Below are positions 36,741 through 50,000 of a stretch of 64,000 nt of DNA, one piece after another (positions within the stretch are counted from its first letter, which is position 1; every line of letters starts with the position of its first letter). The stretch is from Lytechinus pictus (taxonomy: Eukaryota): NCBI RefSeq assembly GCF_037042905.1, contig NC_087249.1:6698001-6762000 (forward strand). The letters run 5' to 3'. The position numbers were made by a program, and so were the translations under genes. The notes under the pieces were generated by a model, which did no database searches, was not told where the DNA came from, and saw only the letters and a program-made list of their open reading frames with translations.

Positions 36741-37948
36741 CCCTCTGGAAATAGTATTAAAACGGATAGAGTGAAGTTTTTCGATTTGCATTTATATGAT
36801 TAAAATCGAATGAACGAACAGAATGCTAGAAGAACAAAACAATATTGGAACCGAATTGCAACTGTCCCGGTCATTTTCGGTTCTATTTGTTCACTCATGA
36901 GTATTCACCCTGATGATGTGCATTGTCTACAGGCGCAGACCCTGATTGAGACTGATCAAAAAGTGGGTCTCCACGCATAGACTAGCACATTAGGGTCTTC
37001 AGTACACAATGCGTTATAGGCTGCACATTCAGCCCCTTAACTCGAATGAAGGGTTTGCACACTGAGTGGATGTCGGAAAGCACCAGTTTTCAATGGTATT
37101 TTCCCATAACTAAACATCATTCAGTCCTAAATAATATTATACATGTATATATAAGCATTGGGCTAAACCCTGACTCAAATTCGTATACACAAGCAGCGTT
37201 CTTCCAGTGATTATCCAGCAAACCGTAGCATAGAGAAAACATTATTAACATGGATAAATATTAAGAATGGAAAATAATTGTACTTGGTCTTTGAATAATT
37301 GTTTGCAATTCATTATTATTTTTTGTAACCGTGCTTCTCAGTTGGTTAACATGTCCAAAGTACAGCAATGTGCATAATATTGTCTCTAGATAACTTCCTG
37401 TGATAGTGAGTCTGTCACATTTTGTTAATTTCCTCTTGGTTAACAGTAAAAAGGGGTTATTTTGACGACTGGGAAGACTGGGGGGGGGGGGGGGGGCGCT
37501 GATTCAATCTCCCTTATGTTTTCGGCCGTCAACGGAACGATCACGACGTAAATATGCACGCGAATTACCCATGGTATGATTTACAAAATTGTTAGATAAA
37601 ATTCTTCAAAGAATTTCATTTCTAATTAATTTTTTTCAATTAATGCGTAAAATTAAAAAAAATGCTCATATTAACTAAATAAGGCTCCCCGTCTGCTAGT
37701 TTTGTTAATTCACAGACCCGCTTAAACAATCAATACAATTGTTTCTTCTATATTTTTACAATTTCTTTTGTATATAGTCTCTGTTATTCGACTATTTTTC
37801 TCGATGGAAATTTACCATAAACGAGATGGATTGGTTGAGTTTAATCAATAAAGGTAGAAATTCATGACTAAAAACACAATTTGGATTGGATTTGTACACG
37901 AATTTACGAAATCAATCAATTAATAAATAAATGAATAAATAAATCAAC

Positions 37949-37981
<33 letters not shown>

Positions 37982-38335
37982 TCTTACCCACTCCCCTTCC
38001 ATGTGACACCTTCCTTGCGTGCAAACAAGTACATTTTTACTCTTTTAGACATACATATAGGCCTATTAATTGTCGATTAATGTAAAACAAAAATCAGATA
38101 AATACATATCAGAAATCGTGTAGTGCAGTTACAGGGCAGTTCCACAGGGTAGCCGCCAGGCGCGCCGGAACACTTTCAGTTTTATGGGGGCAAAATCCCG
38201 AAGGGGCACAATATTTTTGACAGCGTGAGATACCGAAGCGATCGAGTGGGAGAGGGTGTGGGACCCCCCACGGTAAGGACTTTGGGTAAAAATGGAGTAT
38301 AAATGTTGCGTTTCTAAGAGCATTCAAAAACAAAT

Positions 38336-39729
38336 GTCTTGAGAATTAAACATAGAATTCACTACGAAAGACTATACTCATAATTGTGGTGTCCCTCAAG
38401 GCTCCATCTTAGGCCCACTATTATTTTTAATATATGTAAATGACATTATTAATACATCATCCATTTTATCTTTTGTATTATTCGCTGACGACACAAATAT
38501 TTTTTTTTCTCATAAAAATCTCACTTCCTTATACAATATTTTAAATCATGAAATAAATAAAGTATCACAGTGGTTCAAAGCTAACAAATTATCTCTGAAC
38601 ACACAAAAAACTCATTACATATATTTTCAACATCATTCTCATAATTCTAACACTCAAATTCACTTACAGATTGACGGCAAGTCATTAGAACGTAAAACGC
38701 ACTCTAGATTTTTAGGGGTTATCATAAATGAAGCTTTATCTTGGAATGAGCATCTGCACCATATTACAATGTGTATTTCAAGAAGCATTGGAATTATTTC
38801 TAAGTTAAAATTTATCTTGCCTCTTAAAACTTTATTCCTATTGTATAATTCCTTAGTACTCCCGTACATAACCTATTGTAACGTTGTTTGGGCTAATTGT
38901 GGCTATACAAAGCTGACTTCTATTTTTAGATTACAAAAGAGAATTATTCGCATTTGTACAGGATCGCATTACCTGGCTCACACTGACCCTTTATTTTTCA
39001 AACAGAAAACACTGAAAGTTGCCGACTTGTACACTCTTCAAGTAGCTATCATTATGTTTAAGTATATCAATAATCTACTCCCATCGTCTTTTGATGACAT
39101 GTTTAAGTTCAATAGTTTTGTCCATACCTACCCAACTCGTACATCTGGAAACTTTCATCTCACAAACCCCAGACTGTTAATTACCTCTAAATCAATTTGA
39201 CATCATGGTCCAGACATTTGGAATAATCTTGCAGACAATATTAAATCTTGTTCTACTTTATACTCATAAAATCAACTCTTAAAAAAAATATAATTCAATC
39301 TTATTCATCCGACACTTCAAATTGATTCTCATTAACAACCAAAAACTATAAATTAAAAATAATAATAACAATAATTATACTGCTATTTACAGCACCCGCA
39401 CCTGCACCTGCATCGCACCCACTTGTTCAGCAATTACCGATCTTAGTCACGAACCCTTTTTATGAGGCCGCCATCAACTACAAGCTTAACCGCTCACGAT
39501 GGCGGTCTCCTGCGTTCATTTGTTTATGCTGCTTTTTATTATCATCCTAATGTGAAGTATATGCCCAAATCATTTTTTTCTATTTATGTAATGTGAAGTA
39601 TATACCCAAACCATTTTTTTTCTAATTGTTATGTTTATGTTGTAAACATTATGGATTGTTTTATATATTGCAAACAATATAAATAATTTTTGATAATGTA
39701 TTGTGAACGCAGAAATAAAATAAAACAAA
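38336..39729 (+). mobile_element. 5'-truncated CR1-type LINE (RT C-terminal half + 3' UTR)
   Basis: CGVPQGSILGPLLFLIYVND and FADDTN at ~38383-38495; ORF 38769..39200; 3' stem-loop 39464-39509; A-rich tail; flanked by CAAAAACAAAT at 38325-38335 and 39730-39740 (possible TSD). Confidence 0.88.
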
Positions 39730-41976
39730 CAAAAACAAATAATTTATGAGAAACTATGAAATCTACGCGCAAAACGATCGCTTCGAAATGTGGTTTTCAT
39801 GTCTGATCAATCATGATCAGGGTCGTAGTTCCAGCAAATGACGAGCCTGGCAAACGAAATTGTTTCAAACCAATGTAATATAGGCCTTTTAAAACGGACT
39901 TTAAGATGACAAACATGACCGTACGCAGCTGGGGGCAGCCGGTCGAGAGGGCAAAAATTTCACAAAATTCACAAAAAGTGTGCACGAAATCCTTCAATTT
40001 TATTCTAGAAAATGCAAAAGCTCCCCCATCACAAACCCCCTCGCTCTTAAGTTTCTTCGAAAATCTAGGTCTTGCAGCCCCACCCACCCCGGATTTTTTT
40101 TTATTTTTGCATACGTCGATGAATAACAAAAGCTGGGATGAACCAGAGAACATAGCTGCCTCTCGAACTGATTAGTAACTGGTAATGGGAAGGAGTGCTA
40201 TATCATATGAGCTGAAATAGTATCAGACAAAACGCCTGTCAATCATGCTAATGAAAAGGAATCGAGGAAAATACGGGGCTATGAAAATATCTTTATAGTA
40301 GAGCAGTACTGTAACGCTTATTTTTCTTTTATATTCTCTATTTACATTTGTATTCATATCTCGGATAATATGAGTCGGATCAAGTAGAAACTTTCACAGA
40401 TGATTTTATTTTTCATGCATAAACATTATCTCTAAGTTGCTTTCGAGTGGGATTCACCATTTTCACAAATTATAAATTATAATCCTCTACACATAATTAT
40501 TATGTGTGTAATTTTTTGATAACATGTCTATATTGAGTTGAAATGACCTTGGTATTTTCTTTAGGGCACTGACTTGTTATCATTGTATTAACTCAATTTA
40601 TATTTAGTTAAAAATGAAATAATTAAAATAAGTTAGTGATATCTGGTCCGGTCTGAGCGTTTCTGGGCGACCGCGCGTTTGTTAGCCGACACAGCCAACA
40701 TGCATTGGTGAACCACTTTCAATTTGCCATTCGGTTTTAGTCTGAAATGTATTCATTAAAAGGTTAAACGTTATCACATTGTAATAAGATGGAAAAGGGG
40801 CTTATCAAAGGTATGTTTCGCAGAGGGACATGTTCGTCAAAAGACTCGAGGCTCACTATGATATGTAATTGCCCCGTTAGGAGCGAAATTCTTTCATTTT
40901 TGACAATGGAAATGACAATTTTTAGGCAGAAAAGTGCCTTTAACGTTTACTTTTTCTCCTTAAATAATGTATCATTTTTCTACTTTTAGGGGGGCACATT
41001 GGGGAGGGGGGGGGGGGTGGGCAATATCTCTTTTGCCCCCCCAAATTTTTATTTGGGGGGGGGGGTGCAAGTGCCCCCCTGCCCCCCCCGCTTCCGGCGC
41101 CCTTGATAGCCGCCCCTGTGGTTTCTAGGGCATGAAACAGGGGGAAAATAGAAAAGGAAAAAAAAAGGATGGTAAGGGGGGGGGGGAAGAAAGAAGAGTA
41201 TAACAAAGAGAGATATAGGTCGTGACCTTTATATTAGCTAAGGGAATTTTAGCGATCGCTTTTTCCATACCCTGTCAAGTTTCTGAAACATGTGATAGTT
41301 GATGTATAGTTTTTCTTATTTAATTTTGAAAATTAAAAAATTAAGAGAATAATTCACGAAGAAAAAGAACAGCTAGAAGCATGCATGGTTGATAAACTTC
41401 TCGAAATTCTAATCGTTTTAATTCAAAAGACTCGTCTTTTAATGAGCTATTTTACGGCAATAAATTCGAAATCCATTTCTTTAGCTCGGTTCCTCTTGAA
41501 CACTTTCCTTTTAGGATTAGAGGCAGCATTTCATGAAACAAATTGCCAGTGACTTTCACTGACTATTGTCATAAGCTACTGAAATCGTAGCATCTGATTG
41601 GCTCAGTAAAACAAAAATATTCGGTGAAAATAGCTGACAATATTTTTCATGACACACTCCCCGATATGTAACAACTGGCGTATAGATGGGGGAGGGGGCT
41701 GTGGGGCCATGTATCCCGACACAATAACGACCACGAAAAAAGAGGGAGAAAAGGAATAGAAAATGGTGAAATATGATATAATTTCCTTTACATTTTGTCA
41801 AATATTTATTACAAAATTATATCTTCTTTTAAAAGGATCAAATTTTTTTTAAATAAAAAAATGTTACCATACGCCCTTGCACCCCCTCAAAATTCTTAAC
41901 TCATTACGCTACTGCAATAAACATTAGATACACATAAGAACCCATACACAATGTTGTGATAAAAAAGAGGAGAATA

Positions 41977-42222
41977 CACTGCAAAAATACCGGTGTTTAT
42001 TCAACACCAGTTCGGTATATATATAGAAAAACACCACAGAGGTGTTGTAACAGCACCACTTCGGCTTTAAGGCTAACACCAGATAGGCATTTAAGCAACA
42101 CAAATCAATGTTAAACCAACATCGGTTTGATTCTTAACTGGTGTTGTTCAATACTTTCCTGGTGTTTACCAATATAGATACCGGACTGGTGTTCAATCAA
42201 CACTGGACGTGCTTTTGCAGTG
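41977..42222. mobile_element. MITE with TA TSD
   Basis: TA|cactgcaaaa ... ttttgcagtg|TA; internal aacacc/ggtgtt repeats. Confidence 0.75.
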
Positions 42223-43949
42223 TAATATGAAGAAAGGGGAAGAACGGATAATGACACTCGGTGTTTGAAACTAAGTTACATGTTTAGATTATGTAAGAAT
42301 ATCAAAGAAAGAAAAAACAAATAAAGATAAACCCTTTACATTTATTCCATTATTCCATTTATTCTCACTAAGCATTTTAAATATCTTCTATGAATTTATC
42401 TTTCTTAAAGAACAATAGAATTTCATTCAATTAACTTCCACACGCAAAAATAAGATTCAATGGAGAACATATTTGTTGCATATTGTTCAAAAATTCGATT
42501 TATAAGTTCATGATACACAAAGACGTACACATGTATGTTCCTTATGCTTATATAAAATTAAGCATCACTATATAATTTAATACAACATAAATAAACTGAA
42601 CAAAATGAAGGTATCAAGATCCACTGACCAATCAAGAGGGGGGGGGGGGGGTGCCCCATTGACCCCTTAACACAAAGCGTAGCAATCATCATAGAAACAT
42701 TTTTATTAAGATTGATTACAATGACTGATGTACAATTCATCGTGAAAATCAAGCATACGATTAATCGCTAACCATTGTGTTACGGAAACCTGGATGATAT
42801 ACGATTATGATTTTTCTTTAAAAAAACAATAGCGGATGTGGAATGGATTTTAGCCGAAATAGATACATGTATGTGAACACCGTGTAGAAATTAGTCTGAC
42901 CACTTGCATGGCTTGGGGGGGGGGGGGGGGTAGGTAATTAGAGTGGTGACTTTTTTTTCTTCAGGAAAGTCGAAAATGTGATGACCTATTTATTTTGTTT
43001 GCTTGAAAACCTTTGAAGAAAAGGTGTGATAATTTTGCGCCCCTTTACTGGTACATCCTGGGTTCGGCGGGGAAAGGATCCTGCAGAAAATACAAACAGT
43101 TTAGCAGGGCCCTGGGAACGGGGGTGCTGATGTAAATTTGAAAAGGGTTTCACTACAAAACGAAGGTCATTTTGGTCCAGAGAAATTTGACAAGCAAAAA
43201 AAAAAAGAAAGAAAAAAGGTTCCACTACAAAAAATATATATGTCATTTGGTTACATTTTTCAATTTTCCACACCTACCATAATTCCAGGGGGTGCTGCCT
43301 ATTAAAAATAATACATCCAGCATCCCCCAGGGAAATTCTTGGGGGTGCTGAACCCCCGCTTCCCTTGGGCCATGTAGCTTAGTGAGGATAGACCAATTTT
43401 GAAATAGAAATGAATGTCATTGTACGCCTAATAACTTATGATAAAAAAATGTATTTCAAAATCTGTGAAAATATAAAATAGAGGCCTACCATCCCGCTGA
43501 TACGTTGTATTGCATTTTAAAATAAATGCTTACATAAGTTAAAATACATTATTCACCTTATTCTATTTTTCTTATTATGGTAAACCATCATATTGCTTCC
43601 TAAAATAACATAAATTCAATATTTCTGCCTAATTTTCCTCCTTTTATTTCTAAAATATATCCGAACCTAGCTGTGCAAATTAGATACGACAGATTGTATA
43701 ATATTCAAGGGAGCATTCAAAGACTAACAGCTCCAAACTCAATTGTCAAATTATGTTAAAGATTTGTTTCCTTAAATGGGACAGAAAATTAATACAGATA
43801 AAGTATCCTCCAACAATCATCAAAGCATTACACTTTTATCAATTTTGCTCATTCTGTAGACTAACCTTTCCCAATATATATGAAAGTATTATGAAGGTTC
43901 TTGATCATGACTGTGAATCCCATGACCTTCCCTTCTCCCTATTCCAGAT

Positions 43950-44068
43950 TCAGAGGTTGAACTTTTTCTTGAACTCCTCATCAAAGTCTTTTATCTTCAT
44001 CTCTTGATGTTTCTGAAATGTTTCATTCTGAGCCACAGTGAATATGTTTTTCCATCCACCGACAGTAC
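43950..44068 (-). CDS. SULT-B coding exon 6 (GTVGGWKNIFTVAQNE...KFNL*)
   Basis: tcatccag|...TGA at 43952-43950. Confidence 0.9.
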
Positions 44069-47000
44069 CTGGATGAAAGAAGAGAATGGGTCATTATGGC
44101 TCAGATATTTGTGAGGTAAATTCGAAGATTGATTATGGATTGCGAGCCTATGCATTTGTAAGATTTGAATATCAATACAAAAGAATAAAAAGCCCTACGA
44201 GATCATTTACGGGATCATTATATTTCGCGTACTTATATGTATCTAAAAAAAATCCCTGATGGGCTAGTTTTGCCAATTGTTTCTGAAGCTGTTGAACGAA
44301 GTAATCATATTAACGTATATCATGTTCAACTTGTATGTCCTTTGACCTTGTAATCTCAAATATATATACTCATTACTAGGTTGAACAAAAGAGGGAAGAG
44401 CACACGCCCTTGGGGAAGACCAATCTTCTTGTCCTCCATCGGCATCATGTGCATATGTCTTTTCAAGACCTACGGTCTTTCAGAATGTTTCAAATAAACA
44501 GTCTGATCTATATTTGGGAAGTAAATCTTATCTGTTCGACGAGTTTGTTTCTATTTCATCTTTCGTACCTTTGTGAAGAAATGGTAATATACCAGCTGCA
44601 TGGGTGAGGAACTTTCCTTTGGGGCCCAGCTCCTCTTCAATTCTGGCGTAGGTGGATTTCATTTCTTTGATCGATGAAAGTCGAGTGACTTCAGCAAGTT
44701 GTTCAGCTGAGAGGTCATAGCCAAGGTGTGCGGCTACTTTAGCTACGTTCCCGGCTGGATCCTGCGGCAGTTAAAAAGTGAACATGGTCATAAACCACCT
44801 ACCCCACCTCCGCATTTATTGAAGGGACGGGCATGTATACACAACAAGAAAAGTAAGTCCCCCCTAAATCAAATTGCTGTAACTTTTGAACGGAATTATT
44901 TTGAGATATGATATTTCGTAGGTGGTTTTCTACACTCATTAAGCAACTCCTGGGGAAAATGAGATTAATCGGTTGAGTCATGCATGAGTAATTAAAGATT
45001 GAATTAGAAATGACAATTTTTGAAAGTCACAAGAGTCGTTTTTCAGATTGTGCAAATACAAAGTTGGGCAAAAGTTGTTTTTAAGGTAAATTTTATGGTA
45101 TTATGCTGTTTTACTATCCATCATTTAGCCACTCCACACACAGTTTTGATATCGTATGTTCACGGTTGAGTGAGCACAAGGTATTGCAGGGGCCGCGGTT
45201 CGGGGGGGGGGGGGGGCTTCAGCCCCCCACTTTTTTCCAAAAGCATGTACAAAAAATGACCATACGATTGTGATTTTTTGCATGGTCAGCCCCCCCACTT
45301 TTGGCTCAGTCCCCCCCCCACTTTGAAAACCGTTCCGCGGCCCCTGTATTGTGACGTATCATAATAGGTGTTTATGGTAGTATCCTCTACAACTTGTTAA
45401 ATCATGTTAAAATTGGAAAATGTTGGTGGCTCCCCCGATTATAGACCCTCCCCCATTTTTAAAATTCTGGATCCATCACTGATTTGTCCATGAATTAAAG
45501 TGATCATGATAAATTGTTAGGAAAAGAATACATTTATGCAGTATAAAGAGTATTCATTCCTAAGTTTTCGAATGTGCCCGCTCAACGATAAAAATATTTA
45601 AAGTTCGGAAAGTGTGTAGTGATATAAATGATGGATGATAAAAACATCAGCAATTAAAGTCACATTTGAAACCGAATTTGCTCCCAATATTCACGTTATT
45701 ACCCTTTAAAATGAGTCTGTGACATTGAAAATACAAATTTTTTCCACTTTCATGCGTGCTCACTCATCCATAAATAAACAAATCGATTCCATTTTTGCAC
45801 AGAATTCTGCCCATAGGTTGATAAACATTACTGCCAAATGGCATTGCTAAAGACAGCCTTGAAAATAAGTTCCACCATATTGAATAAGGGGTTAGTTATT
45901 CTTAAACATATGCACCCATAATGTACACAAGTCTATCAGAGAGGAAGTCAAAATTTTAACAAATATGAAATGAGTGTTTTTTTCATGGACGGTTTTTGTT
46001 ACTTCTACCAACAGTTATTTCATGAAACTTCGCACATTTCTTCAGAGTAACACTATCCAAAAGGCGCGCACACCAAAATAACAATTCGATACGGCACAGA
46101 GTGGGGCCAAGGCCTTGAACTTTCGTCTCATTTGCATAATTTTTTAATATTGTGTGCTCACTGATGCATTAAACATCGGGATTTTCATAAAAATCAAATC
46201 AGGAGGTTTGTGACAGATAGCCATAGTTACAAATTGCATTTTTTCCAATAAGGGGGACTTCTTTTTTTGTTGTGTATATTTTGCTTTTCAAGAAATATAG
46301 TATTTGAAAATCCTTATTATAATTTTCAACGCCAATACGTTTGGAATGGATTTCTATACAAGTAAATATTTGGCTGATCGGATCTCATTTTATTCTATCA
46401 TCGCCTGCACCTATGTTTATTCTGAGAATAAGAAGCAATATACCTGACAAATTCATCACAAAATAAATATTGATTTAGTGCTTGCTCCACTGCAGATCAG
46501 ATTGAGATATATACTGTTGTATGAATTTTTGTCAGTTCCGAATTCGTTGCACACCAGAGCTTGCATGGGAAAAGACTGTTTGGAATATTCTTCCTCTGAT
46601 CTTTAATTTTAAGAATTCATATGGCAGTTGCTCCACGGAGGCTTTTATTACCAAAGTTTTTAGTTTCATTTAAGTGATATTTTGTTGAATTGTAAAGTTT
46701 GAAGATAATAATTCAAAAATGTTATGAATATACCTTTTTCATATCCTCAAAATCAACGTATAGGAAGTTGTCATCATTGCGATGTTTCCAAAAGCCATAC
46801 TGATGATCAAATACCGAGCCGTATCCCACTGCATAGTAGAAAGAACTGTAATCATTATCTTTGTTAAAACCCCCTCCAATGAAGTACATAATATACGCCG
46901 AGATATGCAGTGTATATATATATTATTTATTTTAAGTTTTATTTAACCAAGGTGCCTCATCAGTTATATAAACTGCTGTCCTTGAGGGCCGCGAGATTAA

Positions 47001-50000
47001 AAAATCAATATGTACAATATTTACAAAGAATCAAAATGGCATATAGAGGTATTACAGTATTACTAAACCAGATTAGTATAATAAATATTAAAATCAAGGA
47101 GATAAAATAACAAAACCTAATTAAAAGAAAAGGTTATTGTAAAGTTAAGACAAAAGAAAAGAGTTAAGGCAATTGGAAACCGCTAAAAAGATTTACCAGG
47201 AAAAGGAAGGATGACTGGTAACAGATTATTGTTCAATTGGTTAAAAAATAATGTAAGTAGATGTTGAGTAATGGGTAATGTGTAATAAGAAGAATTTTGA
47301 GCAATGTTGCCAAATTAGAATATAAATCAACTACTCAATGTCGCATCTTTTGCATTGCAAGGGCAAGGCTATTTTTTTTTTTTTTTCAATCTTTAAATAA
47401 GGGACGTTGTCAGCGTTGAACTTTCCTAAGATCATTCCACTCCTTGGTCCCGATGTATTGAAAAGTCCTCTTGCCACAATTAATTGTGCAGAGCAGCGGA
47501 CATTAATCTAGTCCTTATTTTGTAATTAGGTTTAATGAATCGTTGGAGTAATACATTTAACACATTTAAATAATTCACACATTCGGTGAAAATGAGAGAG
47601 AAAAAAAGAGATCTTTCCATTTTAGAACAGAAAATAAATCATATGTGATTTCGTGGATGGGCCCCTAACATCATCCTTTCCATTCTGTTGTGCAATTTAG
47701 TAACTCTATCAAGGGAGACCGAGAGAACAATTAGACCAGACTACGTCAATTATCAAATTGGGGCATGATAGTAGTTTAGAAATGTCATTCGGGATGTAAG
47801 GCTTAGCAGATCGACGTAGAAACCTAAATTTTCTTCAAATCTTTTGGGGAATGCGATCTATGTGCTTTTCGTATGACAAAATTTCATCGAGTATGACACC
47901 TAGAAACTTAAAATCGGATACTCGGATTTAGTTCATATGGTGATAAAGCATTTGCTAATTTTGTGCCTAAATTATGGAATAAACTGTCTGTAACACTAAG
48001 ATCTGCTGACAAGTTTAAAACTTTTAAATCTCTGCTTAAAACACATTTATTTGCTCATTGAATTATTTTCTCCTTATATGATCTTTTTGGTGTAACTATT
48101 GGTTTAAATATTTATGTTTAGTTCTCTCGTAAGTTAGTTTTTGTTAGGGTTTAGCTTAGGCCTGGTGTTTTTAGAGCCCTTGTGAGTTATGAACCTGCCG
48201 GGTTTCCTTCTGTGCAAGTTCCTTAAACTGCGGGTGAATAGGGCATAAAGATCAGGCACCAGTCCCCGTAGATTTTTTTTTAAAGTGCTGTTTGATGTAA
48301 TTTCCATTATTAGTATTATTAGTTATTCATTGTAAATCGCTTTGATCATATTTTTGGTAAAGCGCTAGATAAGTACCTGTTATGTATGTATGTATACTAT
48401 ATCAATTTCCTTCTTACCAATATAAATGTTGACATTTTTGAAATTATGGAGCCGCTGTTTGGAACCAAATTTTAAGTACTTTGTTTTACTAGTATTTAGT
48501 GTGATGAGTTATTAACCAATTACATACATCTTCTAATCCAACTTTCATATTAATTTGATTCCAGTTCATTAGGTGACCTGGCTTTAACAAGTAAAACTGC
48601 TTCATCTGCGTACATGTTGATTTTACATTTGATACCTGATAATGATTTAGGGAGAGTATTTATGTACATAATAAACAACAATGGCCTTAAAATTTAGCCT
48701 TATGGGACACCATATTGAATAGCTCTCATATCAAATAGTTTATAATCCACTTTAACCTTTTGCTTCATAATAGTGAGATATGATTTAAACCACTCACATT
48801 CAGCATTTCTCACGCCCGCATTATTCAAAATATCTAATAAAATCCCATGATCTACAGTGTCGAACGCTTTCTTTACAGAGATTTGAACCCGTTAAAGAGG
48901 AACAAGGTTTGTATGAGAAAGGTTGGAAAATATTGAATTTCAGTAATCTAGAAGACATGAAAGAAATGCATGAGTTAGTTTGGCAGTTGTTGGTCTGTCA
49001 AGTAATTTCCTATTCTTTCCAATTTTGAAAATACCATATGACCCAGATCTGCAAATTTGCTTGATATGATCTTGAAGTGTAAGATTGTTATCAATCGGTA
49101 CACGTCTAGGTCACGTACACACTCACTACCCTTCAGTGAAACATTATAAGTAGATAAGTCAGGGAATGGAGTAGTGTTTCCGAATTTTGAAGATATGCGT
49201 ATCATCTCAGATTTCCGTTCATCAAGGCAGAGTCTGTTATAGTGAGACCAAACCTTAATGTCCTCAATGCAGCTATGGAGTTTTTGGGCTGCTACAGCCT
49301 TCGCATTTGGATTAAGTGTAACATAAATTTGTGTGTCGTCAGCGTACATTACATGCTGAACACATTGGTGAGATTCTATGAGTCTGGAAAGTGGACTGGT
49401 ATGAAGAAGAAAAAGGAGTGGGCCGACTAAGGGACCCTGTGGAACCCCGCAAATTGGAGGGAAGCGTATCATTAATGATTACTTGATGCAACCGTCCATG
49501 AAGATATGAGCAGATCTATTCCAGGACAGTTAAAGTGATGGAAATTTCGTTCTCAAGGCGATTAAGTAGCCGATTGTGGTCAATAGCGTCAAAAGCGGAT
49601 GTGCAGTCGAGAAGGACCTATGCTACTTCGTCGCCCTTGTCCACAGTCGGCAGAAAAAAATCGTTGAGAAGTTTACCCAACGCAGTGTTTGTCGAGTGAT
49701 GGTTCTTACAAGAAGACTGAGGTAGAGGAAACATGCCGAATCCCTCCGGATGAACTCTGAGCTGTGACGATACCATTCTCTCCAAGACCTTATCCAAGAA
49801 AGGAAGGTTTGCGATGGCACGTTAGTTATTTAGTGAATTTGGGTCGAGTGTAGGCTTCTTAAGGAAAGGAAGGAGTAGAGATGACTTGAATGGTTCGGGG
49901 AAGAGACCGGAGGACAAAGAAACATTGAACAGCTTAGTAATGAGAGGCAGGATATCGTGAAGAGTGCAAAAACCATGTTGGGACTGGGTCTTGTTTGCAG

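Noticed and set aside
40985..41120. G-quadruplex regulatory elements (poly-G tracts here and elsewhere)
   Set aside because: The G and C runs are internal parts of dispersed mini-transposons, and homopolymer lengths are unreliable; nothing supports a specific function.
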